This document shows, in pieces, positions 13,790-25,454 of a DNA stretch of 64,000 nucleotides. The position numbers and the translations under genes were made by a program. The stretch spans positions 145,700,001-145,764,000 of the forward strand of contig OZ024741.1 of NCBI GenBank assembly GCA_964016885.1, in the 5' to 3' direction. Source of the DNA: Eledone cirrhosa (taxonomy: Eukaryota). The notes under the pieces are model-generated. The model was not told the DNA's origin, did not search any database, and saw only the letters and a program-made list of their open reading frames with translations. Within the stretch, counting starts at the first letter, position 1. The number at the start of each line of letters is the position of its first letter.

Positions 13790-14924
13790 ATAATAATAAA
13801 TTTGAAGACTAAAATCTTTAACATATTCTGGTACCTATCGATAACAACATTTGTCAAATATTATAACAACACAAGAGAGCTAAAAGTATTTCTAATATTC
13901 TCAGAAGGAACTAATTAAACATTAGAAAGGAAAAGAAGAAAATGTTAAAATTATTGTGAAAAAACAACGATATTATGGAAATTCAAAAATGAATTAAAAC
14001 AAATGTTATTCATAAGTTGTTATTTTACAGTAATGATTATTTTGCATTAGTTATATATTTTGTTTTAAACTAAATACATTTGCTCTGCAAAATGCATTTC
14101 AATACTTATAATATTCACCAAATATTAGTTTATTTCACAGTTAATCACAATTGGTGTGATGTATTTTGTAAATGAAGTTTATGTTTATGTGTCTCCCTCT
14201 CAAGTGCATTAATTATGAGAAAAGAATTGGTATGATATGGCAATCAGGATCATGTTGCAGATTCTATTCCTAATTTTCTTTTAACTAGAAACAGGTCCAA
14301 TTTTTATATGTTAGGTTAAATCAATCTCAATAGGTTACATGCAGTTCATTCTTGGTTCTAAAGAAAATAAAATACTTATTACTATTCAGTTTTACCATCC
14401 TTTTTTCCATGCTGAGATGTTTTCAAACAAAGTTTTACAGCTGGATACCCATCTTGACATTAACAATTATTTGCCTCTTACAACACAAAAGGTTATGGTG
14501 TATTTATTCCAAAACCTGGGATACACAAGGCAAATAAAAGTTGAAAATGTGAGGACTTGAACTCAGAATACACAAGGAAAAAAAACAACTCCAGAAGGAT
14601 GAAAGGCAAAATTGAACTCAGTGAGAACTGAACCTATCTCTGCAAAACACTTGATTGCAAATAACTAGTAATTCTATCTATGGCCTGATAGTTATTTTCA
14701 GGTAATTGTGGGCCCAGGTCCAGTGAGGAAAGTAGGAGTGGGTATGCTGGGAAGTAGCATTCCTCTTCTTTTCAGTTTCAGAGAAGGGTGTGGAGGGCTA
14801 ATAGTGTTTAAATCACCACCTCCTTCTCAATTTCAACCTCAAGGATCTTAATATACTCTCAGTTCCTAAACTCAGTTTATATCACTGCTCTGCACAAATA
14901 TCAGCCACTCTCTGACAGGTTTGC

Positions 14925-15105
14925 AGTCGAGCCCCTAGCAGTGGAGACACCTGGTGTCCTTGACCCTAGGGCCTCCTCTCTACTCATCGCCATAGGTGCT
15001 GAGCTGGCTAGCCGCAGGTGTGAGCCTTGCGAGCTGGAATGGCTCTTCCAGTGCATCTCCCTCAGCATCCCCCAGGGAAACGCCCTCTCTATTCTGTCTG
15101 GTGGG
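14925..15105 (+). mobile_element. CRE-clade-like non-LTR retrotransposon 3' fragment (end of restriction-like endonuclease)
   Basis: PLAVETPGVLDP.A..LL..IG.EL...WLFQCISLSIPQGNALSI fits the recalled CRE C-terminal pattern P.A.ET.G...Q.IS..IQRGNA. Confidence 0.6.
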
Positions 15106-16099
15106 GCCATGGGGTGGCCAGTATGTGGGACCCCATTTGCTCATAATAGTGAGAGACGGGGAGAGCAAGAGAGATGGAGATGATGACAGTGGGAGTTTGG
15201 CTCCTCTTTGTTCAGATCTGGTGTACTTGTGTGTGTATTTTTACACTATAATACTATCAATACCTACTAACTATACTGATGCACTAGTACTTTAATATTC
15301 TTTATTCTTTTACCGGTTTCTGTCATTATATATATATATATATATATATATGCCAGCATACAAGTTGATCTGGTGCATAGGTCGACTTCTAAAATTCTGA
15401 GGTGTAATTCAGATTTAGGCCTATATTCGCTTGATAAGGCAACCCCCAATATAATGCAGTACCATCTCCTCAGCCCAAGATGTACTTGTCATTCTTTATT
15501 TGCACAAAATGTAAAACATGGAAATAAACACGAAATAGTTGTAAAATAAAAATGCGTATGAATAAAAAGTGGTGCACAGCAAATGTTAAGATGCATCAAC
15601 TGATGTGAACGGCAGGTTTACAGGGTGATATATTTTTACTTTTGGCCAGTTTTGTTTCATGGTAAAATTATCATAGTTTTCCCAATAGTTTAGACAATTC
15701 TAAGATACTTCTTCCAAAACACTTGAGTCGCAAGTAAGTTCTAACTCACAGAGTAAACCAACCTAGCCTAACCTTAATGAACCTATTGTAACCTACCCTA
15801 TGAGCTATGACAAGTCATTGATATTATTATAATCTCTACATTAAATAGACTTAATAAATATGAGATTCAGTAGGATATAATTGTGGTGGACCGTTAGAGT
15901 TATGGTAAGTGGTGTTCAACGAGTGTTAGGCAGGCAGTTTCAGTTTACTTCTCAGTGGTAAAGGTTAACATTTTATATTCGGCAGATAAATCAACCTCTG
16001 GTTTTGGAGACATATTTTTAGGCTTCAAATGTCGGCATATACGATATATATAATTCAAAAGTAACAGAGTCACTTATATATCATCATCATACTCATAAG

Positions 16100-16527
16100 T
16101 TAACTCTTTTGATACAACTACCCGAAATAGCCCATGGTACTATGATATAAAACTGTTCATTTTAAAGTGCTTATATAAAGGTCAGCTGAAAAGTTCATAG
16201 GCTGACCAAGATATCCTCGTGGAATGACCAAATGAGGTTTACTTTTCAACATAGACCCTGGAAGGAAACAAAACAGTTATTAATAAGAGGAGTTGAAACT
16301 AATGCATGCAATATTTCACAGCTCTAGCATCACTCCTTCATAGGCAGCATGTGAACTTTCCATCATAATTTTATGGATGAACCTTTGTTAAGTTATGCTC
16401 CATATACCCTCTTAAAAATAAAACAGTTAAATTACTGAACCTTTCCAATTTCTTTATTATATTCAAAATTATTTGAAAGCCATATGTAGTGTCTCTCATG
16501 AGAAAATATGGTAATGAGAGGGTTAAT
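16100..16527. mobile_element. Putative TTAA-bounded MITE with a nested mariner-like MITE (~16174-16365)
   Basis: Outer ends ttaactctttttgatac / ggtaatgagagggttaa; inner ends gctgaaaagttcata / tgtgaactttcca. Confidence 0.45.
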
Positions 16528-16659
16528 CTTTTAGCTGGGTGCCCACTCCCATATCAATATAGCTATCTATTCTTTCTACTGATCTCCTTACAAATAATTG
16601 TTAGTTTGGCTTCCAGGAAAGAAAAAAATAAATGAAATTTATAGCTCACACCAATGCAG

Positions 16660-16855
16660 TTTTAGCTGGCCCTCTATGTGTTTGCAACACAGGAAGTTTT
16701 CAGGTGTTTTCAGGAAGTTTTCAGTCCTATCATGAAAGGCAATGCAAAATGAAACATTTGGCTCAACAGCACAGTGTGTTGACCAGTCCAGGAATCGAAC
16801 CCACAGCTTTATTATCATAAATCCAACACATTAATCATAAGGCCATGCACCTTCA
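16660..16855 (-). mobile_element. SINE family S2 fragment
   Basis: ggaatcgaaccc (reverse B-box) and aggccatgcacc (reverse head). Confidence 0.65.
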
Positions 16856-18085
16856 AGGTTTGGCTTTAACTGAACTGAATGTAGAGGAACATTAATTCTT
16901 CAATCCTATACTTTATTCAGTATTTTGCATTTATAGATTCTATTTATATATAAAACTACCCAATATATAAAATTGATTTGATTTTTATAAACTTTATAGC
17001 CAAAGAAATGTGATCAAAGCAATTTTCTGCCAATTGATCTGTTTACAATGTTATTGAACATTATGGATGCTATAATTAAATAAGAAATTTTCCTTAATTC
17101 AAAATCAGAAGACGGAATCATTCTTACACACTGAAGAAACAGGACAAGAATGATTTATTTCGAGTAATTATAATAATGGAGAAAGTTTTCTTTCTGAGAA
17201 GCCAGAATGTAATACATCAATATTAGTATACTGTCAGTTCTTATTTCATCAATTCTAGCATGGCAAAACCCAAGGGTGATCTCAGCGAGATCTGAACTCA
17301 GTAACCAAAGTTGTAAGATAAAGTCATGGAGAGTGATGGATCATGCTGAATGTTTAAGAAGTGCTATGGTATGATTCATTGGAGTGAAATAAGCATGATG
17401 AATGTGAAGCAGCAAGAAAGGAAAATGGTTTGATGGATGAGTGAAGAACACAAACTATAGAGAAAATGGAAAAGTTTGTCATGGATTCGCAAGGCTAACC
17501 CCTCCTTTAGCATGAAAAGTGACCTTAAGATGCTTATTAATATGATGTTTCAAGCATAACTGAAAAAAGGCTTTATGTAAAAGTATGATGGAAGTATTTA
17601 GATAAATAAAAACATTCTCAAATCATAAAACAAAGGTGGGTTAGAATCAAAATGGTTAACATAGAGCGAAGATGATTTTGGAGAGAAGATAGAATATATA
17701 ATTCATCAGTAGAAATGATATATAATAATAAATGATAGTAATCAGCAAGCAATTTGCTCTAGTTTTAAGTTATCATTATACAGAGAACAATAATAGTGTT
17801 CTGTTAAAAGCATCATTCATTTCAGAACTCGAATGTTATGTTGGTCTTATAGCCATATAATTCTGACATTTACAATCTAAGACAATTCAATTGATGAAAC
17901 TGTACTGTTTCATTGAAAGAAATGTAGTCACAAAAGAAATACCTAAATTGGCAAATGTTTAGCATATTTACTTTTATTTCTCAAACTTCTTATTTTAATG
18001 AGAAAATGATTGCAGACTAAAATTGAACAGTAGACTAATTGAATTAGGGCATTACACACACAGGAAAAAATAAATTAGGATTTAC

Positions 18086-18635
18086 TTAACTCTTAACATT
18101 TTGTACTGCCTCAAGCCACATTAGCAGGATATTCTTGAAAAGTACAAAAACAGCACAGTGAGGGTATCACATTAAAAATTGGAGTCCTAACTTCAAATAT
18201 GGTAAATTTTCACAATGATCTGTTCACTAGTAAAGATCATCATCATCATCATCATCACCGTTTTACGTCCGTTCTTCCACGCTAGCATGGGTTAGACGGG
18301 TTGTCCTGTTGTGGGCAGTGTCTGGTCGGCTGACCATGCCTTGCTCATACAGGAACTGATCTGGCTTGATTTCTACAGCTGGATGCCCTTCCTAACACCA
18401 ACCTCATTTACAGTGAGTGCTGGGTGCTTTTTCGTGGCGCCTACACGTCCACTTTACAGTGTGGGCTGGGTGCTTTTTGCCGTGGCACCTCCACGACTAC
18501 CTTGCAGTGGGGGGTGTGGGGGTATATTGTCTATATGCTTCAGCTTGTACCCATGGGAGGTCGGATACACAATGTAATTAAGAAACCGATTTTAAAATAT
18601 TTTCTGCTAAAGCATTACAAGATATTAAGAGTTAA
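18086..18635. mobile_element. TTAA-bounded MITE interrupted by an RTE 3' fragment
   Basis: TIR-like ends ttaactcttaacattttgta / tacaagatattaagagttaa. Confidence 0.55.
18237..18570 (-). mobile_element. RTE subfamily A, 3' UTR only
   Basis: Reverse complement of ~41875-42210 including the (GAT)n tail. Confidence 0.93.
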
Positions 18636-19003
18636 GTGCTTCTTTCCTCTTAATAAAATTTATCGTGATGGGATTTGTACCAACTTTTCTTAGACATATA
18701 TATCTCACAATGCTTCATATATACCAATCATGGGCAAACTGTGACCAAGCTGTATGCAACCAATTTGGATTTCTGAATAGCACACCTAATTTCAAAATTG
18801 CCTTGAATGTTTTTAGTATTGCAGCCTACCTTATGATGAGCCACATCATATGTGGCTCACTACTTGAAAAATGTTGCCCATGCCTGATATATACTATATC
18901 CAGGGCAGGATTAACCATTAAGCCAAATAATCACATGTTTAGGTCATCAAGGAAAGTTGGGTACAATTTTATTCAAATTGAATGTATTTGTCATCCCACC
19001 CCA

Positions 19004-19262
19004 CAGTAGTCAACAGTCTGTTAGTCAGTCTCACCTTAGCTGAGCAGTGAAATCATGCCCCTGGCTCTCAGTAGTCAACAGTCAGTTAGTCAATCTCACC
19101 TTAGCTGAGCAATGAAAATATGCCCCTGGCTCTCAGTAGTCAGCAGTCTGTTAGTCACTCTCACCTTAAATGAGCAGTGAAGTCATGCCTCTAGCTCTAA
19201 GTAGTCAACAGTCTGTTAATCAGTGACACCTTAGTGAAAACATGCCATTAGCCCTCAGTAGT
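19004..19262. repeat. 65-bp minisatellite, ~4 copies
   Basis: cagtagtcaacagtctgttagtc... starts at 19004, 19069, 19134 and ~19199. Confidence 0.92.
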
Positions 19263-19650
19263 GTTAGTCTTCTGGGTACATATAATCAATAAATGAATCA
19301 ACAAAGTATATCTATTGATATTTTGACTAAGATAAGAAGTGAATTCAATCAACTATACTTGATATAAAGGTCGTGTTATGTGTGTATGATATTTTGAAAG
19401 ACAGTTGGTATGGTATACTGTAAATAGTGAAACATGCTGTGGTGATCACTATAGAAAATTTGAACATTATCATATACAATAGATGTTACATATTTAAATG
19501 AGAACAGATTGTAGGCATGGAAAGCATAGAAAATGTGAACAAAATAAATATAGCAACAAACTTCTTTTAGTAGCAACATTACTTGAAACTTTATCTCTGA
19601 TATATAAAAATTTGCTAGCAAGAAAAATGTATGTATGAGGATGATGATGA

Positions 19651-19702
<52 letters not shown>

Positions 19703-20009
19703 ACATATATTAGTATAGTTAATACGAAGCATTGTGAGATATGTAATAAAAGAGCGATACATTTCAAAATGCCAGTACAATACTGTAGAAATATACAAAG
19801 GGCAAAGGATAATAAATTAAAAACAAAACAAAGTAATGTTTTACCCAGAATATTACAAAATGATATTTCAGGGATACATTCCTCTTTTCAAATGTGAAGT
19901 AGAAACGGTTTAAATAAAAAACAAATGATTGAAGTATTTTTCCTTAAATGGCTGATGTGTAAAATATGCATGTGTGAAGTTGTTATAGTAGCCAAACTGC
20001 TTTGTGCAT

Positions 20010-20300
20010 TTACAATCTATTATTTATCTGCATGTTTTTCTGTTTGAAGATAATGGTGTCGTTGATTCTTAAATTGTTCACATTTCATTCCATTGCTTCT
20101 ATGGTGACCTCAATGTCTTGGCAGTGGCATCTGTCAAGATGTTGTTTAACAGAAGAAGCTCCTGTCATCATGTGGTCCTTGATCTGTATGTGCAGCATCT
20201 AGATTGTACTTCCAATGTATGAGAAGCTACTTGCCTCTTTTACATGCCTCTTACAAGGCATTGCAATTGTGGATGGATGCACACATACATTGTTCACAAG
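20010..20300 (-). mobile_element. Decayed Penelope-like GIY-YIG fragment (absent from the ORF track)
   Basis: Manual minus-strand translation: SYIGSTI*MLHIQIKDHMMTGASSVKQHLDRC..NLRINDTII..INNR. Confidence 0.65.
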
Positions 20301-20377
20301 ACATATCCACATTCAGGTCAATGGTATGACTATCTTATTATGTATCTATTTATGAATAATAAAACATCCATCTATCT

Positions 20378-20623
<246 letters not shown>

Positions 20624-21561
20624 TGTTTTCAACGGAAATTTCAATACATATAAATATGTGAATGCCCATTACAAGGTAAATGCAACACCAAAGCCATTGG
20701 AAATGCGGCTAAATTGACAACCATCAGCAACAACCATCCAGCCACCAGTGAACGATATGTGGGTATGACGCAAGACAGATTCAAAACGCGTTATTACTCA
20801 CATGTCGCATCCTTTCGACATCCAGAAAAAAGATTTACAACAGCTCTGGCTAGCAGAATTTGGGATTTGAAAGACCAAGGCATCCAATATAAATTAGATT
20901 GGTCAATTTTGAACCAATCTAAAGAATATGCAAGAGGAACAAGAAAATGCACGCTCTGCATAAATGAAAAATTTTGGATATTGCAAAATCTTAAATCACC
21001 AAAGACCTGCCTGAACACAAAGACGGAAATTTTCACCAGTTGCCCACACATGAAATCACACCTGCTTTCCAGCTCATATAAACTTAACACACTTTCGGAT
21101 ACTTATCCTCCATAAACTCTTATTATTCTCTTTATAATTACCCTTTCTGATTTACTTTCATTTTTATCCTTATCATTCATTTCATTTATTTTTATTTTTA
21201 TTTTTATTTTTATTTTTATTTTTATTTTTATATATTTTTTTATGTTTACTTCACATCCACCAATAACACCCTCCCCCCTTTACTCTCCGATTCACTTACC
21301 TAATATCTTCACTTTCCATTTTTTACTTCCCTATTTCCTTCACTAACTGATTAGATAGTCATTTGCGTTTTCCACACCAGATATATTTTTTATTTTTATT
21401 TTTATTTTTTATTTTTGCGCAGCCAATCTTACAATTTTATAATTTTATATTTGAACTTACTTATCCACAAGTTTTTTACACCCTGTATCAATGTGGCTGA
21501 ACGCCTTAATGTGTGTATACTTTCTATATATGTACATGAGCGACTACGTATGTGCGCGCGC

Positions 21562-21623
<62 letters not shown>

Positions 21624-21758
21624 TTGTGTATGTGTCTTTATATCCGTGTTTTTACATCTAGGTTTTATGTTTTGTTCCTTTTTTTCTTCTCCCCCTTTTT
21701 TTTTACATCCTCATTTTTATGCGTGTGCATGCAAACAGGTCAATATGCGTGAGTGTAA

Positions 21759-21797
<39 letters not shown>

Positions 21798-22427
21798 TAT
21801 CGAACGTATGGATGTGTAAGTGTGCGTGTGTATATAAGCATGTATAATTTGCGTTTTTTTGTGAGATATACGTGTGTGTGTATGTATGTACCTTGTTTGT
21901 CTTCTTTTCTTTAATTTTTTCTTTCTAAATTATTGTTCCATTTTTATAAATATATCGAGATTGATACTTTTCCTTTAATTATTACACTCCCTTACCTATT
22001 TTACTTCCGCATCTAAGTGTAGGTGTGTTTATGCGCGTGCCTTCATTCTCTTATGATGTATCTATTCTGTCTGTAGATTACAGACATACAGATACATTTG
22101 CCCTAAATTATATATTTACGCACACTTTTTCACTATACGTATACATATGTGCATACACATATATGCACATCTGTGAACGTATATACATACATATACACAC
22201 ACCTAACTATATTTCTTGAAAGATTATTATATATTTCATATTCTAATTCATTTGTCTATATCTTTTTTGTTTTTTTGTTTTTTTGCTTTTCTTGATGAGA
22301 CTTTCCAAGTATTTACCCATGTTTTATATTGCCTCGTCTGACGAACGAATGAAGACGTTTCTTTCGTATTGGCCTCATTCGGGAAACCTCTGGTAATGAG
22401 GTAATTATATTGTATTGATTTTTATAC

Positions 22428-22430
<3 letters not shown>
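20624..22430 (+). mobile_element. 5'-truncated Penelope-like element: GIY-YIG, long 3' region, hammerhead
   Basis: CPLQGKC linker; ORF 20714..21115 (YVGMT..RFKTR, CTLCINEK, LNTKTEI..CPH); hammerhead near the 3' end; ends in (TA)n. Confidence 0.82.
22328..22405 (+). ncRNA. Type I hammerhead ribozyme
   Basis: Stem I attgcctcgt/atgaggtaat; CTGACGA; stem II cgaatga/tcattcg; GAAA-cc-tct-gg-TA. Confidence 0.8.
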
Positions 22431-22466
<36 letters not shown>

Positions 22467-22512
22467 AAATAAAATAAATAAGTCAAATATTTAAAATTTA
22501 GCTTCATTTATT

Positions 22513-22567
22513 ACTGCTACATATATTTTGGTGACAGCCGTCTTTGGCTGTGACCTCTTCAGGCAGT
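22513..22567 (-). ncRNA. Type I hammerhead, G12A-mutated
   Basis: actgc-CTGAAGA-ggtcacagcc aaagac ggctgtcacc-AAAA-tatatg-TA-gcagt. Confidence 0.7.
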
Positions 22568-23067
22568 CCGAATTAGTGTGGTAGAGACGAGTACACATGT
22601 TGTTGAGGTGTTAACTTTGTCAATACTCTGATGTGACCAGTTCCTGGTTGGGTTGTTGTTTCTATGTGGAACTGGAGTCATGAATTTCAGCGTCAAACGA
22701 ATTTCAGCGTCAAAGGACATCCTGTCCTCCCATTGGTCAGTAATGAGAACATTCCTCAGTCAAAATTCTATAGAAATTCTTTCTGAGGCGAGGCTATCTG
22801 TAGTGGTTGTTTTTGTTATTGTTAAGTACATCTGACCTTTACCCTTATGTTGGTAGTGGTGTTGGTATATATTTATTTAGGTTTATTGGTTCACCACTGG
22901 ATAGAATTGGTCATTCCGTATGGTCAATCTCGATGTAATATTATGGAGAGTACTCAACGTAATGCAGCTCACCCATCTTCGTTTGTGTAGTTGGTGGTGC
23001 GAGTACGGAGTTAATTATTATAAAATAACAGGAGGCTGGACTGGTGTAAATCCTTGAAAGATTTATT

Positions 23068-23125
23068 ATACTATGATCATTTCAATGACCAAATTCCGTA
23101 TGAATTCGGTGATATCATCAGGTAT
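23068..23125 (-). ncRNA. Type I hammerhead (mirror of 23265)
   Basis: atac-CTGATGA-tatcaccga...ttggtcatt-GAAA-tgatca-TA-gtat. Confidence 0.68.
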
Positions 23126-23264
23126 TCAAAATATACTTTAGTCGGTCGCCCTCAAGTTGAGGGCGACCGACTAAAGTAGAAGATGCTAGATGGTCGGTCG
23201 TCATCTTGTCTATGATTTTCAGCCCCATGGATTTTATCTGTTATATTCCTTTGTTATATTTCGA

Positions 23265-23322
23265 ATACCTGATGATATCACCGGATTCATCCGGAACCCG
23301 GTCATTGAAATGATCATAGTAT
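23265..23322 (+). ncRNA. Type I hammerhead with palindromic stem III
   Basis: atac-CTGATGA-tatcaccgg...ccggtcatt-GAAA-tgatca-TA-gtat. Confidence 0.75.
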
Positions 23323-23367
23323 AATAAACCTTTCAAGGATTTACACAAGTCCAGCCTCTTGTTATTT

Positions 23368-23422
<55 letters not shown>

Positions 23423-23999
23423 AAAAATAAAGTCATTGGAAACAAAAAAACAAACGACACTTTACAATGAAGAAATTTAATAGTTTAATGGTTGATTATA
23501 GGAAAAGAGTCTTTATTTTTATCAAAGACAGATTCATTGATAAATACCTGCATGCGTGTGTGTTTGTGGATGTGTGTATCGATCTTTGAACAATAACAAC
23601 AAAACAAATTTCCCAATGGAAGTCTGAAGGTAAATAGGTCCACAGATAGAACAATGTTATTATAAATTAGTTGATATATATTTGATAATGATTAAAGAAA
23701 ATATGGAAAACAATTATTGTAATTGATTTAAATGAATACAAAATGAAATACAGCAATGACCAGAGTTATAAGAGGGAAAAGATCAAGGTAATTGAGGATT
23801 CAAGCATGTTTGCAGAGAATGTTGTAATCAAGAAATTATTAAATTGATATTTTTTATCATAAATCCTGTCACTCTTGATGGGTACTATGCTAGTATACAT
23901 ATATAATGTATAAACAACTCAAAGTTGCTGTGTTGAACGTTATACAATAAATTTGAACATTTTCCATAAAAATGTTAACATGGTTTTTATGGTAGGAAG

Positions 24000-24530
24000 T
24001 CATTACTAACACCACCACTTTACAGAATATACCAGAAGCATTTTATCATAATACCAACACTACCAATTTACAATTGTATTTTATTATGGCAGCAGTGGAT
24101 GTGCATGGCCTAGTGGTAAGGGATTTACGATCATAAGGTTGTGGGTTCAATTCCCGTTCTGGGTTGCGTGTTGTGTTCTTGAGCAAAACACTTCATTTCA
24201 CATTGCTTCAGTATACTCAGTTGAAAATGAGTACCAGCAATAACTGGGGGTTTAATCCTGTGATGAACTGGTGTCGTGTGCAGGGGGGGGGGGTCTTGTC
24301 CACTCAGTCGCTTGACGCCATGAAACCAGGATAAGCACCGGCCTAATGAGCCTTCTGGCTTAAAACAGACTTTAGACCAGCATTACTACTTTACAGTATG
24401 TACCATATACATTTTATAATAGCACCAAAATTACCACTTTATAGTATGTACTGGTTGCATTTTATTGCAGCACCAGCACTTCCATTTTACTGAGTATACT
24501 GGTTGTATTTTATCATGGCACCAGCAAAAC
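24000..24530. repeat. Degenerate ~50-bp tandem repeat interrupted by a SINE
   Basis: Units like caccactttacagtatgtac..gcattttat lie on both sides of the SINE and resemble the internal repeat of the RTE 3' UTR. Confidence 0.6.
24097..24374 (+). mobile_element. SINE family S2, near full length (tRNA head, CORE-like domain)
   Basis: A-box tggcctagtggt; B-box ggttcaattccc; gtgttcttgagcaaaacacttcatttc resembles the CORE-type motif. Confidence 0.8.
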
Positions 24531-25454
24531 CAATAGAAAGTGAGCATTATATGCTTATAAAATATTGCAGAAAATATAATATAGATAGAATAGAAAATAT
24601 ATCAGGATTGTCTTACCAATATACTTTGAATATATGGCAATGTATTTTCACAAAATTTTAACTTGTACAGAAAGCAGAGAGTTAAAAGTAAAATCCTATC
24701 TGTGGAAAACTGACAAGTCAGCATCTGCTGTCAAAGAATTTCCTTTTTTTCTTTGCAAACACTTCCATTCAGCCATCTTTAACTGATGGATATTGAATAT
24801 GCTTCCTAACAGCAGAATATATATATATGTGTCTGTATGTGTGTGTGAGTGAGTGTTTGTGTGTATACACACTATTATTATTATTATTATTATGTTTAAA
24901 AATATGAAACAAAGCCAGAATCTTGAAAAGTTGTTCCTTTATAGAAAATCAATCACTGGTTAAATTGCTCCATTTCTTTGAACTTGCGTTTCACAGAGAC
25001 ACAAACTTTTTAGTTCTCACATCAATGATGGGTTTCAATGATAGCTGTATTTCTGGCTAAAAAATAAATGTTTCTTTCCAAAATGCATGTCTAAAGGTTA
25101 CTTTTGCCTTTTCTCAGATCTCATTACTAGTTATTTCCCAACCTTTTTGCTGTCCATTAATAGCAGCAAACACACCCAATGACATAAAAAAAAATTCCAT
25201 CAGCTTCATCATACTTTCACAAACGAACTTTAAAATAATAAAGAAAAAAATCATATTAAAAACATGTATTTAAGGAACACAAATTATGGACATTTTTGCA
25301 TCTCTCTCCCTTTTTCCCTCAATTCCTCCTCCTTCTTCTTCTTCTACAATCTCCTTTCCAACACCCTTTTCTTCACTACCACCAGTTTCATGACTATCGG
25401 CATCATCATACTGATCGTAACTTTCTTTTTCCTCTTTAGGCATTTCCTACAAAA

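Larger units (their letters stand above)
23020..23370. repeat. Nested fold-back: ~115-bp inverted arms plus a perfect 45-bp inner palindrome (23134-23178)
   Basis: Arms 23020-23135 and 23255-23370; inner tactttagtcggtcgccctcaa-g-ttgagggcgaccgactaaagta. Confidence 0.93.

Noticed and set aside
19860-19895. Minus-strand ttgaaaa..gga atgta tcc..GAAA-ta-TC downstream of the 20010 GIY-YIG remnant
   Set aside because: Two or more core positions are wrong, too degenerate to call.
20624-22430. Selenocysteine/SECIS use, as reported for some Penelope-like clades
   Set aside because: No in-frame TGA was seen in the surviving coding fragments, and no SECIS could be identified by eye.
24097-24165. tRNA-like A and B boxes (also at 28796 and 57754)
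   Set aside because: No complete cloverleaf; they continue into SINE bodies.
24690-25230. Short minus-strand open stretch (SIFNIHQLKMAEWKCLQRKK...) and a weak transposase-like AAIN motif
   Set aside because: No recognisable homology and the frames are broken; cannot be supported without a search.
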